Source: Trichosphaerium sp. ATCC 40318 (Eukaryota; Protista; Tubulinea). From it: a stretch of 64,000 bases of DNA. Location: the NCBI GenBank assembly GCA_038496445.1, contig JALMLS010000455.1, positions 940,825 to 1,004,824 on the forward strand. The letters run 5' to 3'. Numbering within the stretch: the stretch's first letter is position 1; each line of letters starts with the position of its first letter. The translations under genes and the position numbers were made by a program. Below are positions 61,601 to 64,000 of the stretch, piece by piece. The notes beneath the pieces are model-generated. The model was not told the DNA's origin. It searched no databases and saw only the letters and a list, made by a program, of their open reading frames with translations.

Positions 61601-64000
61601 CAAAGACACTCATAATATGAGATAGAATGGGAGGGTCTAAACACAACATGTGTGATGACTAGAGGATAATTAAATCAAATTCAAGCACAAAGAAAAGGTT
61701 TTAGGTAAGCAGCAGTACCTCATCAAACATAATGCTACCAATAGAGTGAAGGTAATTTAACGAAGCAACCAACTCAATTGGAGCCATTTTACAAGTTTCA
61801 GGTAATAGTTTGATGACTTGTTCACTATCAAAATGTTATTCATCTGTCTGTATGATACTTCAACGTACAATGATATGATGTTACCCTTCAATTTATCTTT
61901 TTTCACAACTGCTTTCTTTAATGCTTTTTGTACTTCGTCATAAAGAGTTGGTACTTTTGGGTATTGTGACTTCATGTATTTTGCTTGACGCTTCAATTGC
62001 TTTTCAAGATCAGAGATACCTTTTGAAACAACATTAGGAGACTTGCTTAGTTTAAAATAAAACGAGTACCATCTAAGCAAAACACAAGGTACACTGGCGA
62101 TTTCATCCCATTGAAGGAGTATAGTGCTTTTTTATTGTCTTCTAAGTCTCCTGAATGAATATCCAACTTGGATCCATATACTATCACTGAGTAGAATGTT
62201 CCATCTTGTCCACGCAAAAACTTACTAAGGGTATGAACCCAGTGCTTCAAGTGCTTCTTTTGTTCCACAATTGATAGTGATAAGTCAATCTAAAAATAAA
62301 TATTGATAAGAAATTATTTGTGCACGTGGTCTTAGGATCTTACAACAATGACGTAAATGGCAAGTTGTTTTGTGAAAAAATACTTGTGAAGTCCTTTGTA
62401 TTCCATCTGTCCAGCAAAGTCTAAAACAGTGAATGATATATTACCATATCTACATGTGTCAGTGTTATGTCTCATATAGAATATCAAACAAACGCACAAT
62501 AGAGAAGAGGTATCAAAGCCAACTGTTGAATCAACACTGTCATCTTTTTCACCTGACAACATCTTTACTAAAGTTGTCTTTCCTAATATTTACATCAATG
62601 TAAAGAAACTCATATTGCTTGAGCATACCTGATCCTCCATGACCCACAACCAACAATTTTGCTTTCAGTTGCTTCATGTATTCATATTCTGTGTGATCCA
62701 TACCAGAAGCAATAGTTGATGGCTTTTTTTGAGGGGACAACATTTTGTAATATTCAGTTTGAAATTGTTCTTTTGTAATGTTGTTTATCTTTATTGGTAT
62801 CACACGTGCCCCTGTAATCTCACGTGCTTTTATTGTAACTAAGGTATTAATGTGAGTGCACAGTTAAATATGAGAATACTGTTGGTATGTACCTTGATGT
62901 AATGATATCTCAGGGTCATGTAAACAAAGATCATAAACAAATACCACATCGCAGACACAATTGTGTTCATCTGTGTGTTGTCTTATTCGTTCAACAACTC
63001 GAGTGAATGTCTCTTTTGAAAGGATCTCAAAAATTAAGGATTTTTGACATGATATTTTGAAAGTGTCATTTGGTAAAGTAATAAACGTGGGAGTTATAAA
63101 CCAGTCATTCAGCTTCTTGAAATATTTCATATCTTTTAAAAATACATACACATCTTTAATGTCTGTGGATGTACTTTTGGTATAAATTATTGGTATTTTG
63201 AAAAAGGCCTGTTGATTGGGTTCTCCAGAAATCTTGGTATCTGCCGGATTAAGAAACTTGCCATCCACAAAGTCACCAATGTATTTGCTACCACTTGGTG
63301 AATAAAACTCTCCTTTTCCTGTTCTCTTGCCATCCACAAAGTCACCGATGTATTTGCTACCATTTGGCCAATAAAACTCTCCTTTTCCTGTTCTCTTGTC
63401 ATCCACAAAGTCACCAATGTATTTTTTACCATCTGGCCAATAAAACTCTCCTTTTCCTGTTCTCTTGTCATCCACATAGTCACCAATGTATTTTCTACCA
63501 TCTGGCCAATAAAGCTCTCCTTTTCCTGTTAACTTGTCATCCACAAAGTCACCAATGTATTTTCTACCACCTGGCCAATAATAATAAAGCTCTCCTTTCC
63601 CTGTAAACTTGTCATCCACAAAGTCGCCAATGTATTTGGTACCATTTGGCCAATAATACTCTCCTTTTCCTGTTCTCTTGTCATCCACAAAGTCGCCAAT
63701 GTATTTGTACCATCTGGCCAATAATACTCTCCTTTTCCTGTTCTCTTGTAATCCACAAAGTCACCAATATATTTGGTACCATCTGGCCAATAATACTCTC
63801 CTTTTCCTGCTATCTTATCATCCACAAAGTCACCGATGTATTTGTTACCATTTGGCCAATAATACTCTCCTTTTCCTGTTTTCTTGTCATCCACAAAGTC
63901 ACCAATGTATTTGCTACCTTTTCATAGCCTATGTATTTTGGTAATCATCACAAAAAACACTCTCTTACCACTAACATCGTTATCACAGTACCATGTCTGT
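58697..64000 (-). CDS. Roco-ART copy 4 (5' end beyond window); two 1-nt deletions in the MORN exon (possible pseudogene or sequencing error)
   Basis: All Roc/COR/ART/REC motifs present; relative to copy 3, single-base losses at ~63918 and ~63708 shift the frame. Confidence 0.82.
63255..63925 (-). repeat. 69-bp tandem MORN-coding repeats (10 units)
   Basis: Unit order nearly identical to copy 3. Confidence 0.9.

Overview
AT-rich, intron-dense eukaryotic DNA with many short GT-AG introns, so the ORF track shows only exon fragments. Gene content (FAM21/WASH subunit, Dlp/DRP5-type dynamin, cyclopropylsterol isomerase CPI1, Zn2Cys6 factor, cAMP-receptor-like GPCR) suggests an amoeboid protist, probably Amoebozoa (inference). 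The dominant feature is four closely similar copies (+,-,+,-) of a ~5.2-5.5 kb multi-exon gene. Spliced by eye, it encodes MORN repeats - linker - Roc GTPase - COR - PARP-type (H-Y-E) ADP-ribosyltransferase - pseudo-receiver domain. This is a Roco protein with MORN repeats where LRRs usually sit and an ART where the kinase usually sits. The copies differ in MORN repeat number, carry hypervariable patches and show mosaic introns, as expected of a diversifying sensor-switch-effector (immune-like) family. Between the copies lie single-copy genes (GPCR, CPI1, dynamin-like, ML-domain, Zn2Cys6 TF, sulfatase, Rho-like GTPase, ARM-like protein, TM-RING ligase, CCR4/nocturnin-like EEP, FAM21). Also present: a MITE with TIRs and an 8-bp TSD, an intronless LRR relic, and a small secreted His/Arg-rich peptide gene absent from the ORF track. 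All exon boundaries were inferred manually and no database searches were run.
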